A DNA stretch of 32,000 nucleotides from Zymomonas mobilis subsp. mobilis ATCC 10988 (GCF_000175255.2 NC_017262.1:360001-392000); one strand, 5' to 3'; shown: positions 7,947 to 17,460, counted from the stretch's first letter. Notes: a model not told the origin generated them from the sequence alone. A program made the numbers and translations.

Positions 7947-10430
7947 TTGACGCCCGCTATGGCAAAAGACACGCTGAACATCGCCCTACAGATGGAACCG
8001 CCCGCATTGGACGTCACATCAGGTGCAGCAACTATTATCGACGATGTCAGCTATGGAACTCTGTTTGAAGGTTTGGTCAGATTATCGGCAAATGGCCAAA
8101 TAGAAGGTTGGCTGGCTAAAAATTGGACGGTTAGCCCTGACGGCAAAGTCTATCTTTTCAACCTTAGGGACAAGGTCACTTTTTCTGATGGACGGGCTTT
8201 TAACGCTGCAACAGCAGCCTATAGCTTAAACCGCGCCCGCGATATTCATTCTGGCAATGTCCAGCAAGAAGCCCTGTCGATTATTGACAGAATTGAGACG
8301 CCTTCGCCTTTCCAGTTGCGGATTATCCTCAAAAAGGCTGACAGCTTTTTCCTAACCTTATTGTCTTTACCTGATTGCGCTATGGTTTCGCCTTTTTCGG
8401 CCAAAAATTTGGCGATTTCACCGGTAGGCACAGGGGCTTTTCGTTTTCAAGAATGGCAACATGGGAGAAGAATCCAGCTGGTCGCCCGTTCTGATTATTG
8501 GGGTAAAAAACCGGCAATAAAAACACTTAATTTCTTTTTTATCTCTGATGCGCTGGCGGCCTATGCCGCCCTCAAAACAGGCCAGATTGATTTCTTTCCT
8601 GATTTTCCAGTGGCCGAAAATCTTGAAGAATTGGCAGATGACTCCCGCTTTAAAGTCCGGAGTTTTCCCAGTGAAGGCGAAGTGATCCTTGCCTTCAATC
8701 AAAATTTGCCGATTTTCCAGAATTCTTTGTTACGGCAAGCAATCTCAATCGCTATCAATCGTCCAGCCTTTGTTGATGCGGTGTTATATGGCTATGGCCG
8801 CGTTATTGGCAGCCATTTCCCGCCGCAAAACCCCGATTATCTCGATCTGACGGCAATCTATCCTTACGACCCGATAAAGGCCAAAGCCTTGCTGAAACAG
8901 GCCGGTTATCCTGACGGTCTGACATTAACGCTTGATTTGCCACCCTCTCGCTATGCCACTATTTCAGGGCAACTTGTAGCCGATCAACTGGAAAAAATTG
9001 GTATCCATGTAACGCTCCATTCATTGGAATGGACGACATGGCTTGATCGTGTTTATAAAAAACATGATTTCCAGATGACGGTTATCAACCATGCGGAACC
9101 TTTTGATTACAGAATCTATGACAAAGAAGGCTATTATTTCGGCTATCATAATGCCCAATTTCATCAGATTTTGACTCGTTTAGATCAGGAAAACGATGCT
9201 TTCCAACGGCATCAGAAATTACAATCGCTCCAAAAAATTCTAACCCTTGATGCCGCCAATGTCTTTTTATTCCAATATCCTCATCTGGTTGTTTTCAAGG
9301 CTGACCTAGCGGGTTTATGGCGAGGCAGCCCGACACAGGCCTTTGATCTCACAACGGCCTATTTCACCGACAGCCAAGGGACACATAATAGCCATTTGAT
9401 CCCGTCCTCCATCTCATGGCATTTTGGTGGGTGGCTCTCGGCAGCGTTGGGGCTAATCCTTCTGATAGTCGCTTTCCGCTATCAGCTTTTCAGTATTTCC
9501 GGTTTTCTCAAAAAAAGCGGTCAATTCTTATTGGCCTCATGGATAGCCAGCTTGGTTATTTTTATGGCTATTTCCGTTCTACCCGGCGATCCGGCCGAAT
9601 ATATGATGGGCTTACAAGCCAGTCCCCGCGCCCTAGCTGCCCTACAAACGGAATTCGGTCTCGATAAACCAGCGTATATCCGTTACATAAATTGGCTAAC
9701 CCATAGCCTTCATGGCGACTTTGGAAGTAGTTTTAGCTACCATCTTCCTGCCAGTGATTTAATCGCAGAAGCGCTCAATATCTCGCTTCCTCTTGTTCTG
9801 GCTTCTTTCTGTCTTGCCGCGACCGCTGGCTTTTTCTTTGGCCTTGCCATCGCCTTTTTTCGCTTCCGCCCTTTACGGATTTTTCTACTGACATTGACAC
9901 GGCTAGGCCTTTCTTTGCCGGCTTTTTGGATCGCTGTTTTACTGCTTTATGCCGGTCTTCATTACCATTGGCCTCTCACGCTGGAAAACACGCCTTCCCC
10001 TTTTGGCCTCCTGACCCAGCCTGCTTTTTACTGGCCAGTCATTGCGCTTGCATTGCCACAGGCCACATGGTTGGCGCGCGCTTTTAGCCAGCAATTACAG
10101 GGGATAGAACAAGAAGACTTCATCATGGCAGCAAGAGCGCGCGGATTATCCCGCTCCCAAGCGCTTCTTCGCCATGCGCTCCGCCATGCGTTACCGGCAT
10201 TATTGCCCTTACTAGCCTTGTCTTTGCCCGCCTTACTGACTGGCAGCATCATTGTCGAAAATATCTTTTATCTTTCAGGATTAGGACGGCTTTTATTACA
10301 GGCTATTGCCGCCCGTGATCTGGTTCTGATACAGGCCATTGCTCTTCTGGTCGCTATGGTGACTTTATTCGCCCGCTTTATCAGCGATCTTTTGCATCTC
10401 GCAATTGATCCACGGTTAAAACAGCCATGA
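7947..10430 (+). CDS. Fused ABC transporter substrate-binding protein (family 5) and DppB/OppB-type permease
   Basis: The N-terminal ~480 aa resemble SBP_bac_5 (LNIALQMEPPALDVTSGA...GLVRLSANGQIEGWLAKNWTVSPDGKVYLFNLRD). The C-terminal ~330 aa are a multi-TM permease (FMAISVLPGDPAEYMMG...ARALGLSRSQALLRHALRHALPALLPLLAL). The called start TTG (7947) is probably too short; see findings. Confidence 0.88.
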   Translation: MTPAMAKDTLNIALQMEPPALDVTSGAATIIDDVSYGTLFEGLVRLSANGQIEGWLAKNWTVSPDGKVYLFNLRDKVTFSDGRAFNAATAAYSLNRARDIHSGNVQQEALSIIDRIETPSPFQLRIILKKADSFFLTLLSLPDCAMVSPFSAKNLAISPVGTGAFRFQEWQHGRRIQLVARSDYWGKKPAIKTLNFFFISDALAAYAALKTGQIDFFPDFPVAENLEELADDSRFKVRSFPSEGEVILAFNQNLPIFQNSLLRQAISIAINRPAFVDAVLYGYGRVIGSHFPPQNPDYLDLTAIYPYDPIKAKALLKQAGYPDGLTLTLDLPPSRYATISGQLVADQLEKIGIHVTLHSLEWTTWLDRVYKKHDFQMTVINHAEPFDYRIYDKEGYYFGYHNAQFHQILTRLDQENDAFQRHQKLQSLQKILTLDAANVFLFQYPHLVVFKADLAGLWRGSPTQAFDLTTAYFTDSQGTHNSHLIPSSISWHFGGWLSAALGLILLIVAFRYQLFSISGFLKKSGQFLLASWIASLVIFMAISVLPGDPAEYMMGLQASPRALAALQTEFGLDKPAYIRYINWLTHSLHGDFGSSFSYHLPASDLIAEALNISLPLVLASFCLAATAGFFFGLAIAFFRFRPLRIFLLTLTRLGLSLPAFWIAVLLLYAGLHYHWPLTLENTPSPFGLLTQPAFYWPVIALALPQATWLARAFSQQLQGIEQEDFIMAARARGLSRSQALLRHALRHALPALLPLLALSLPALLTGSIIVENIFYLSGLGRLLLQAIAARDLVLIQAIALLVAMVTLFARFISDLLHLAIDPRLKQP

Positions 10431-11245
10431 TTTCCTTTTTTCGCTCTGCACCTTTTCTTTTGCGCTTTGTTTTATTCAGCCTTGTTCTATTGGCCTTGCT
10501 CATAGTCGGGAACGGCCTGCTTTATGGCCTCATTCCTCCCATGGATTTATCTGATCGGTTACAAGCTCCGTCATGGCATCATCTTTTCGGCACAGATGCT
10601 CTAGGACGTGATCTCTGGCACGAGACCTTTATGGCCGCCGGATGTTCCAGCTTGGTCGTCTTTCCGGCGGTGGCATTGGGCTTTACTGTGGGTGTCCCTA
10701 TCGGCTTAATCGCGGCGATTAAAAAAGGCTGGGTGGGCGAAATGCTGATGCAGGCCAGTGATATCCTTTTTGCCTTTCCAGCCTTGATTGCGGCATTATT
10801 ACTGCAATTATTATGCGGTGCTGGCGGGCAAAATGTGATGCTGGCCATTGCCCTTTATGCCATTCCGGTTTTTGCTCGTGTGGCCTGTAGCCATGGCCGC
10901 GTTATCGCCCGTTTGGATTTTATCGCGGCCGCCCGATTATCGGGGAAAGGGAGTCTTGCTCTTGCCTTTCATCATCTTCTTCCGAATATCATGCTTCCCC
11001 TTTTGACGCAGGCCAGCAGCCAATCTGCTTTTGCCTTTATCGCGGAAGCGGCCCTTTCCTATATCGGCATCGGCATTCAACCGCCCTTGCCTTCTTTGGG
11101 ACGATTGCTGCTAGACGCGCAAAATCTTCTAAATATTGCGCCATGGCTCGCCTTTTGGCCGGGGGTTATGCTTTTCTGGCTGATTGCTTCTTGCCAGATG
11201 ATTGGTGAAGGCCTGATCCGCTCTCAAGCAGACCATAGATTATGA
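10427..11245 (+). CDS. ABC transporter permease, DppC/OppC type
   Basis: GTDALGRDLWHETFMAA... and LIAAIKKGWVGEMLMQASDILFAFPALIAALLLQ; ATGA overlap with the previous ORF. Confidence 0.9.
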   Translation: MISFFRSAPFLLRFVLFSLVLLALLIVGNGLLYGLIPPMDLSDRLQAPSWHHLFGTDALGRDLWHETFMAAGCSSLVVFPAVALGFTVGVPIGLIAAIKKGWVGEMLMQASDILFAFPALIAALLLQLLCGAGGQNVMLAIALYAIPVFARVACSHGRVIARLDFIAAARLSGKGSLALAFHHLLPNIMLPLLTQASSQSAFAFIAEAALSYIGIGIQPPLPSLGRLLLDAQNLLNIAPWLAFWPGVMLFWLIASCQMIGEGLIRSQADHRL

Positions 11246-12834
11246 CATTTTTGGCGATCGAAAATCTGACGGTCAAAGCAAAAGACCGCTATTTGTTAAA
11301 GGATATCGGATTCCGTATCGGACGGGGTGAAATTGTTGCTGTCCTTGGTGAATCCGGTTCGGGGAAATCCACCCTTGCTCGCAGTATCTTGCGGCTTTTG
11401 CCTGAAAATCTGATTTTATCTGGCGCGCTCCGCGTTGGAAAAACCGATCTCATGCAGCTTCCTGAAAAACAGATGAATGACTGGCGTGGCCAAAAGATAG
11501 CTTTTATCGGTCAGGATTCTTTACGTTTTCTAGACCCGATGATGACTATTGCCCAACATATCCGCGAAGGCCTCAAGGAAAAATCGACAGAAAATAAACA
11601 GCCCTCTGCCATGACCAATGCCTTGGAACAGGTGGGACTTTCTCCCGATATCGCAAAACGCTATCCGCATCAGCTTTCCGGCGGACAAAGACAAAGGGCA
11701 GCTATTGCTATAGCCTTGGCGGCCAAACCGGCTTTGTTAATCGCGGATGAGCCCAGTTCTGCACTTGATATGCTGACTGAAGCGCAAATCATGGCGATTT
11801 TTGAAAAAGCCACGGGAAACCGTCAAACGGCTATTTTACTTATCAGCCATAATCCCGCCTTGGCGGTCAGAATGGCAGAACGCATCGTGGTTTTAAAAGA
11901 CGGTCGCCTTGTCTCGAAAATGGCCAGCCGCCGTTGGTGGTCAAATCCAGCAGAGGCGTATAGTCAAGCGATCATCCAATCTTATCATCAGATTTTATCT
12001 AGCACGCCCTATGGAAAGGATGCCCCCAAACAATCCCAAAATCACCCGCCCATAATGGATAATCCGCGCCCCTTATTAAGACTGCAAAATCTTTCCTATC
12101 AGGAAAAAGACGATCATCGCCTAAAGGATATCTCGCTCGAAATCTATAAAGGCGAAAGGATTGCCATCATCGGGGAATCTGGTGCCGGGAAATCAACCCT
12201 ACTCAAATTGATATCCGGCCTGCTGCCAGCATCATCCGGTGAAATTTTTTGGGAAAATCAGCCTCTTTCTTTTCAAAAGAAACAAGATCGCCTCGCTTTT
12301 TATCAAAAAGCACAAATGGTTTTCCAAGACCCGAACAGTAGTCTTGACCCGGCTTGGACAGTTGAAAAAACCGTCACCGAGCCCCTTGCGCTTTATCAGA
12401 AGAAAATATCCTCGGAATATCGGCAGCAAGCCTTGCAATCAGCCCTGAACAAGGCGTCCTTATCCCTCGATCTTCGGCATCGTTATCCGGCAACGCTTTC
12501 CGGCGGCCAAGGTCAAAGGGTGGCGATAGCGCGCGCCTTAGTGAACAATCCTGATTTACTGTTGCTGGATGAAGCCTTCTCGGCTCTGGATAGTGTCAAT
12601 CGGGTTGAAATCGGAAAAGAACTGATGGCGCTCTCTGAACAAGAAAAAATGACTTGTTTACTGGTAACGCATGACCTTGCTTTTGCCCGTTTTTTTGCAA
12701 CCAGAGTGGTGATTCTCCACCATGGTCATGTTATAGAAGAGAATAATACATATTCTATTTTCACCAAGCCTAATCACCCCTATACACAAAGGCTGATCGA
12801 AATATGGCAGAAAAATTATAATCTCCAAGCCTGA
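11242..12834 (+). CDS. Dipeptide/oligopeptide-type ABC ATPase with two fused nucleotide-binding domains (DppD-DppF like)
   Basis: Two Walker A motifs (GESGSGKST, GESGAGKST) and two signature motifs (LSGGQRQR, LSGGQGQR); overlaps the preceding stop. Confidence 0.95.
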   Translation: MTFLAIENLTVKAKDRYLLKDIGFRIGRGEIVAVLGESGSGKSTLARSILRLLPENLILSGALRVGKTDLMQLPEKQMNDWRGQKIAFIGQDSLRFLDPMMTIAQHIREGLKEKSTENKQPSAMTNALEQVGLSPDIAKRYPHQLSGGQRQRAAIAIALAAKPALLIADEPSSALDMLTEAQIMAIFEKATGNRQTAILLISHNPALAVRMAERIVVLKDGRLVSKMASRRWWSNPAEAYSQAIIQSYHQILSSTPYGKDAPKQSQNHPPIMDNPRPLLRLQNLSYQEKDDHRLKDISLEIYKGERIAIIGESGAGKSTLLKLISGLLPASSGEIFWENQPLSFQKKQDRLAFYQKAQMVFQDPNSSLDPAWTVEKTVTEPLALYQKKISSEYRQQALQSALNKASLSLDLRHRYPATLSGGQGQRVAIARALVNNPDLLLLDEAFSALDSVNRVEIGKELMALSEQEKMTCLLVTHDLAFARFFATRVVILHHGHVIEENNTYSIFTKPNHPYTQRLIEIWQKNYNLQA

Positions 12835-12938
12835 AAAGAATTAAGGTTTTTTAAAAAATAATAGATTATAACCTTCTTCCGCCTTTTTAAATCAGGCTTT
12901 TAAAAGGGCTTTTATCAATCAGGGATGACCAAACAGTT

Positions 12939-14048
12939 ATGAAAGCAACGATCGAACGCGCGACTTTATTGAAAAGTCTTAGCCATGTTCAATCGGTAGT
13001 AGAACGGCGCAACACTATTCCGATTTTATCGAATGTGCTGATTGAAGCGGCCTCCAATGGTTGTGTAAAGCTGATGGCAACCGATCTTGATTTACAGGTC
13101 GTTGAAACCTTGTCAGCCGAAGTTGATACCCCCGGCGAAACCACGGTTTCGGCGCATATGCTTTTTGAAATCGTCCGTAAATTACCGGATGGTTCACAAA
13201 TTCAGTTAAGCGCTGCCGATGGTAAAATGCTGATTGTTGCCGGTCGTTCGCGTTTCAGTTTGGCTACTCTGCCCCGTGATGATTTTCCGGTTATCAGTGA
13301 AAGCGAATTGCCAACCCATTTCGCTTTACCGACGGAAAGCTTGAAACAGATTATTGATAAAACCCGTTTCGCTATTTCGGTTGATGAAACGCGCTATTAT
13401 CTCAATGGTATTTTCCTCCATGTTTTAAAGGATGAAAATGTCATGAAAGCGGCGGCCACAGATGGCCATCGCCTCGCCTGCGTGACTATTCCTGCGCCCG
13501 CCGGTGCCGAAGATATGCCGGATGTTATCATTCCGCGTAAATGTGTCGTCGAATTGCGGAAATTGCTGGATGAATGTGAAGACGAAATCAAAATTTCGCT
13601 TTCAGCCAGTAAAATTTGCTTTGACCTCGGTCATGCCATTTTAACGTCCAAGCTGATTGATGGCACCTTCCCTGATTATTCACGGGTTATCCCGACGGCC
13701 AATGACAAATTATTGAAAGTCAAACCCAAGGATTTGATGCAGGGCGTTGATCGCGTTGCAACCATTGCCAGCGAGAAAACCCGCGCGGTTAAAATGTCTA
13801 TCGAAGCAGGGAAAATTTCGCTTTCAGTGACCAGCCCTGAAAATGGTATGGCTACCGAAGAAGTCTTGGGCGAATATGATGCCGATCCTTTGGATATCGG
13901 TTTTAATGCCCGCTATCTTCTTGATATTCTGGGGCAGATTGAAAGCGATCAGGCCGAAATTCATCTGGCCGAAGCCGCCGCCCCAACCCTGATACGGGAT
14001 TCAGATCAATCAGCGGCACTTTATGTTTTGATGCCGATGCGCGTCTGA
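12939..14048 (+). CDS. dnaN: DNA polymerase III beta subunit (sliding clamp)
   Basis: MKATIERATLLKSLSHVQSVVERRNTIPILSNVLIEA...; C-terminal YVLMPMRV. Confidence 0.97.
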   Translation: MKATIERATLLKSLSHVQSVVERRNTIPILSNVLIEAASNGCVKLMATDLDLQVVETLSAEVDTPGETTVSAHMLFEIVRKLPDGSQIQLSAADGKMLIVAGRSRFSLATLPRDDFPVISESELPTHFALPTESLKQIIDKTRFAISVDETRYYLNGIFLHVLKDENVMKAAATDGHRLACVTIPAPAGAEDMPDVIIPRKCVVELRKLLDECEDEIKISLSASKICFDLGHAILTSKLIDGTFPDYSRVIPTANDKLLKVKPKDLMQGVDRVATIASEKTRAVKMSIEAGKISLSVTSPENGMATEEVLGEYDADPLDIGFNARYLLDILGQIESDQAEIHLAEAAAPTLIRDSDQSAALYVLMPMRV

Positions 14049-14069
14049 TTATAGGTAAAAACTTACCAT

Positions 14070-14101
14070 AAAAAAGCCGCCCTATTCGGGGCGGCTTTTT
14101 T
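14070..14101 (+). terminator. Intrinsic terminator downstream of dnaN
   Basis: AAAAAGCCGCCC-TATTC-GGGGCGGCTTTTTT. Confidence 0.9.
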
Positions 14102-14114
14102 GATGCGATATCGT

Positions 14115-16226
14115 TTAAAGACGGGCGCGAATACCGCCATAAAATGTCCGGCCTAATGTGCCGTAACGATAAGCGGTTTCATAATATTTGTCGGTTAAAT
14201 TCTCGACCCGACCGAAAACAGTCAGATGCTTTGAAACCGGCATTTCCACCCGTAAATCATACAGGGTATAACCACGATTCATATGGGGATTCAGGCTATA
14301 TTCGCTATGCACCGTATCCCATGATTTTGATGCCCAACGGACAGCAATTCCGGTAACAAGACCGAATTTCCAATGATAATCAGCCGAACCATTGGCGGTA
14401 TTTTTAGGTCGTCTTGGTAATTGATAGCCGTAATCAACCCCTTCGGAACGATCCTTAACCGAAGTCCAAGTATAGTTACCGCTTAACGATACCCGTTTAA
14501 TATCAAGGCTGGCATTGACTTCGACACCATGCGCTGTGCTGCGATTGATATTGTCATAATAGCCATAACGCGGGGTATTGGTATTCGGGACATAACAAAT
14601 GGAAGGCAATGCCCCATAATAAGGACAGCTTAGATAGGCGATCAGATTATTGGAGGTTCTCTGAAAATAATCTGCGGCAATCGTCAAATGCTTATGAAAG
14701 AAACGCTGTTGAAAACCGGCATCCCAACCATGCGATTTTTCCGGTTTCAGATTCTGATTACCGTATTCACTATAGATTTGGTATAAAGACGGCGCGTTAA
14801 AACCTTCACCATAATGCGCTCGAAACAGGGTATTGTCGTTGTTAAACGCCCAAACACCACCGCCCGAAAATAGAACATTGCCGCCGAATTTCGAATGATG
14901 GTCATAACGGACACCGCCATCAACCGAAAAACCTTTAATAATCTTGCCTTTTATCTGGCCATAAACACTGTTGATATTGATGGTACCGCGCGTATCCGAT
15001 CCACCATAAGCAGGTGAAGAACTTTTGATGCCACTCCGCTCATTTTCATAACCGAAAACCAGATCCCAGTTTTTGACCAAGGCAAGACTGCCCTGATATT
15101 CAAAGCGTCTGGTATGACCATTACCAACAAAAGTATCGGTATTATATGGCTCCATAGACGGGCTGATATCGTTTCTTTTGGTCTGGGTATAGCTATAGCC
15201 AAAACGGTTCCGTAACCGATTGTCGAATAAAGCGACATTCAAACCGGCATAGCCCATCCATTGCTCTTTATTTTCGTAATCTGACGTATCAGGCGTTCCA
15301 TAGCTGCTATCGAGGTCAGTCATTGCCTTGGAATAATAGCCGCGTAAATCCACCGAAACTTCGTCAATCAATTTGATATTGACCCGTCCGGTTGCGGAAC
15401 GGTTATGATAGCCATCTTGCTCATGCCCACCATAACGCGGACTGATTGCCGATATGCCTTTGGTATAGAAATTATTACCCGCCAAACGCCATGTAATCCG
15501 GTCACTTTTTCCACCGATAGCGGCACGGGCGTTAATGGTGCTATGTGATCCCATTTCAAGATCGACACTGCCACCCAACGGTTTCGTTGGCATTGCTGTC
15601 ACAATATTGACGACACCACCGATGGCCTGACTGCCCCAAAGAATAGATTGTGATCCTCGCAACACTTCAATTCGGGATGTATCACCCGTCATCAATGTGC
15701 CGAAATCATAGCCATTATTGGTCGATGAAGCATCTGTCATCCGAACGCCGTCAATAACCATCATCGTCTGACCGGATTCAGCACCACGGATAAAGACCGA
15801 TGTTGCGGTTCCGTATCCACCATTACGGGCAACTGTTACTCCGGGCGTTCTCACCAAAATATCGGAAATCGCCATGCCCTGACTGTGGTCAATGGCGGCC
15901 TTATCCAAAATAGTCACCTGCGAAGAAACCTGATCGGCTTTTTCTGGCGTTCTTGAGGCGGTCACCACCAAAGAAGGTTGATCGTTGCTGGCGACGGCCA
16001 AAGCATCGGCATCAGGGTCGGAAGCCTTAACCTCCTGTTTTTTATCCTGTCCCTTTTCGAGATTTTGTTTTTTTATTTCTTCTTTTTGTTTTCTAAGAAG
16101 TTTTTTATCGCCTTCACGCTCTGTTTTCGGCTGCCCCTGATAGGCTTCTTTTGCTAAAGCAGGCTGAAAAGAAACCAATCCCGTTGTTGTCAAAGCCAAA
16201 GTCGATAAAAGAAATAATCGCGCCAT
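14115..16226 (-). CDS. btuB: TonB-dependent vitamin B12 receptor (BtuB-like)
   Basis: Plug domain VVTASRTPEKADQVSSQVTILDKAAI...RIEVLRGSQSILWGSQAIGGVVNIVT, C-terminal TonB-receptor strand ...GRTFYGGIRARL, and a cobalamin riboswitch upstream. Confidence 0.88.
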   Translation of the reverse strand: MARLFLLSTLALTTTGLVSFQPALAKEAYQGQPKTEREGDKKLLRKQKEEIKKQNLEKGQDKKQEVKASDPDADALAVASNDQPSLVVTASRTPEKADQVSSQVTILDKAAIDHSQGMAISDILVRTPGVTVARNGGYGTATSVFIRGAESGQTMMVIDGVRMTDASSTNNGYDFGTLMTGDTSRIEVLRGSQSILWGSQAIGGVVNIVTAMPTKPLGGSVDLEMGSHSTINARAAIGGKSDRITWRLAGNNFYTKGISAISPRYGGHEQDGYHNRSATGRVNIKLIDEVSVDLRGYYSKAMTDLDSSYGTPDTSDYENKEQWMGYAGLNVALFDNRLRNRFGYSYTQTKRNDISPSMEPYNTDTFVGNGHTRRFEYQGSLALVKNWDLVFGYENERSGIKSSSPAYGGSDTRGTININSVYGQIKGKIIKGFSVDGGVRYDHHSKFGGNVLFSGGGVWAFNNDNTLFRAHYGEGFNAPSLYQIYSEYGNQNLKPEKSHGWDAGFQQRFFHKHLTIAADYFQRTSNNLIAYLSCPYYGALPSICYVPNTNTPRYGYYDNINRSTAHGVEVNASLDIKRVSLSGNYTWTSVKDRSEGVDYGYQLPRRPKNTANGSADYHWKFGLVTGIAVRWASKSWDTVHSEYSLNPHMNRGYTLYDLRVEMPVSKHLTVFGRVENLTDKYYETAYRYGTLGRTFYGGIRARL

Positions 16227-16355
16227 CTATCCCCCCTCTGTTACTCACAGCAAAACAGCCTCCAAACCGATTGGCTTGAAGGTCACTATTATCGTCCGTG
16301 CGAGGAGAATTTACCTCGTTCGACGGGAACGCCCTGTCCTGTCGTGGAACGATTA

Positions 16356-16508
16356 CATAGGGTCGGTCTCCTGGCTCACAGCATCGAAACAACCGCCTTC
16401 CCGAATAGATTCAGTGGCTTTTTGGCGTTTCAACTGTTTACAGTTGCAGGGGCAGCCAAGGTTTTGCACCTTGTTCCCAATTTTCCTTCACTCGAAGGAA
16501 ACCCTATG
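16356..16508 (-). promoter_or_regulatory. Cobalamin riboswitch
   Basis: On the minus strand: P1 CATAGGGT/ACCCTATG, GGGAACAAGGTGC, GGCTGCCCCTGCAACTGTAA, AAGCCACTG, GGGAAGG and the B12 box GAGCCAGGAGACCG. Confidence 0.95.
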
Positions 16509-16554
16509 CAAAAAAATTTCCGTAGTCGGAAAGGCTAAGAGAGGTCAATCAATC

Positions 16555-17460
16555 TTGTTGGAACTGTCAATTTCTTCTTCAGACCGAGGAAATAGAGCCA
16601 CTATCAGTCGTCCCTTATATGGTCTGACGTTGATCCTGATCTTTTGCTGTCTTTTTACCTCATCCGCAAACAGCACCGATAATAAACCACCTCGCCGTAT
16701 TGTATCGCTGAATTTATGCGCAGACGAATTATTGGTTGCGCTGGCAGAGCGTCCTCAAATAGCCGCCCTCACTCGTTATGCCCGTAATCCCGATATGTCT
16801 TTGGTCTCAAAGGAAGCTCAATCCCTTCCTTTTACCTATGGCGGTGCCGAAGAATTGCTGCGCCTTCATCCTGATTTGGTCATCACCAGTAGCTATAGCC
16901 ATGCCGAAATCCTGCCCTTATTAAAGGACAGACAGGTTAAAATTATCGACCTCCCTTTGGCGAATAGCCTAGCCGATATTATAGCCCAGATACGTATTGT
17001 TGCTTTGGCGGTCGGCCATCCCGAAAGAGGCGAAGCCGCCATCCAAAAAATGGAAAAGGAACTTCGGACATTACCGCCTCCGATGGGGCATGGCCGAACA
17101 GCCGCCTATTACCAGAGACAGGGCTATTTAAGCGGAACGGGCAGTCTGATTGATGATATGATGAAAAAGATTGGCCTAAAAAATCTGGCGAATAACCTTA
17201 ATAAATCGGCTCTATCGCGGCTTTCGCTGGAAGAAATCGTTACCTATCACCCCGATTTTTTAATCATGGGGCAAAAAAGTTATTCAACGCAGGATATCGG
17301 CAGCCAAATGCTACAGCATCCTCTTTTAAAACAAGCGATTCCGGCCTCTCATCGGCTTTTTATCCCTGCCCCTCTGACCCTATGCGGCAGCCCACATTAC
17401 CCGGAAGCTATCAAAATTTTGAATAAAGAATTGGAAACAATTGATCACCCATCGCGTTGA
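16555..17460 (+). CDS. Periplasmic cobalamin/metal-chelate binding protein (BtuF-like, helical backbone receptor)
   Basis: Hydrophobic leader YGLTLILIFCCLFTSSANS, then PPRRIVSLNLCADELLVAL...GGAEELLRLHPDLVITSSY. Probable TTG start at 16555 with GAGAGG 10 nt upstream. Confidence 0.78.
   Translation: MLELSISSSDRGNRATISRPLYGLTLILIFCCLFTSSANSTDNKPPRRIVSLNLCADELLVALAERPQIAALTRYARNPDMSLVSKEAQSLPFTYGGAEELLRLHPDLVITSSYSHAEILPLLKDRQVKIIDLPLANSLADIIAQIRIVALAVGHPERGEAAIQKMEKELRTLPPPMGHGRTAAYYQRQGYLSGTGSLIDDMMKKIGLKNLANNLNKSALSRLSLEEIVTYHPDFLIMGQKSYSTQDIGSQMLQHPLLKQAIPASHRLFIPAPLTLCGSPHYPEAIKILNKELETIDHPSR

Noticed and set aside
7835-8068. 77-aa ORF overlapping the start of the binding-protein/permease gene
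   Set aside because: Not recognisable as a protein by itself. Its first codons matter only as a possible frameshifted start of the downstream signal peptide.
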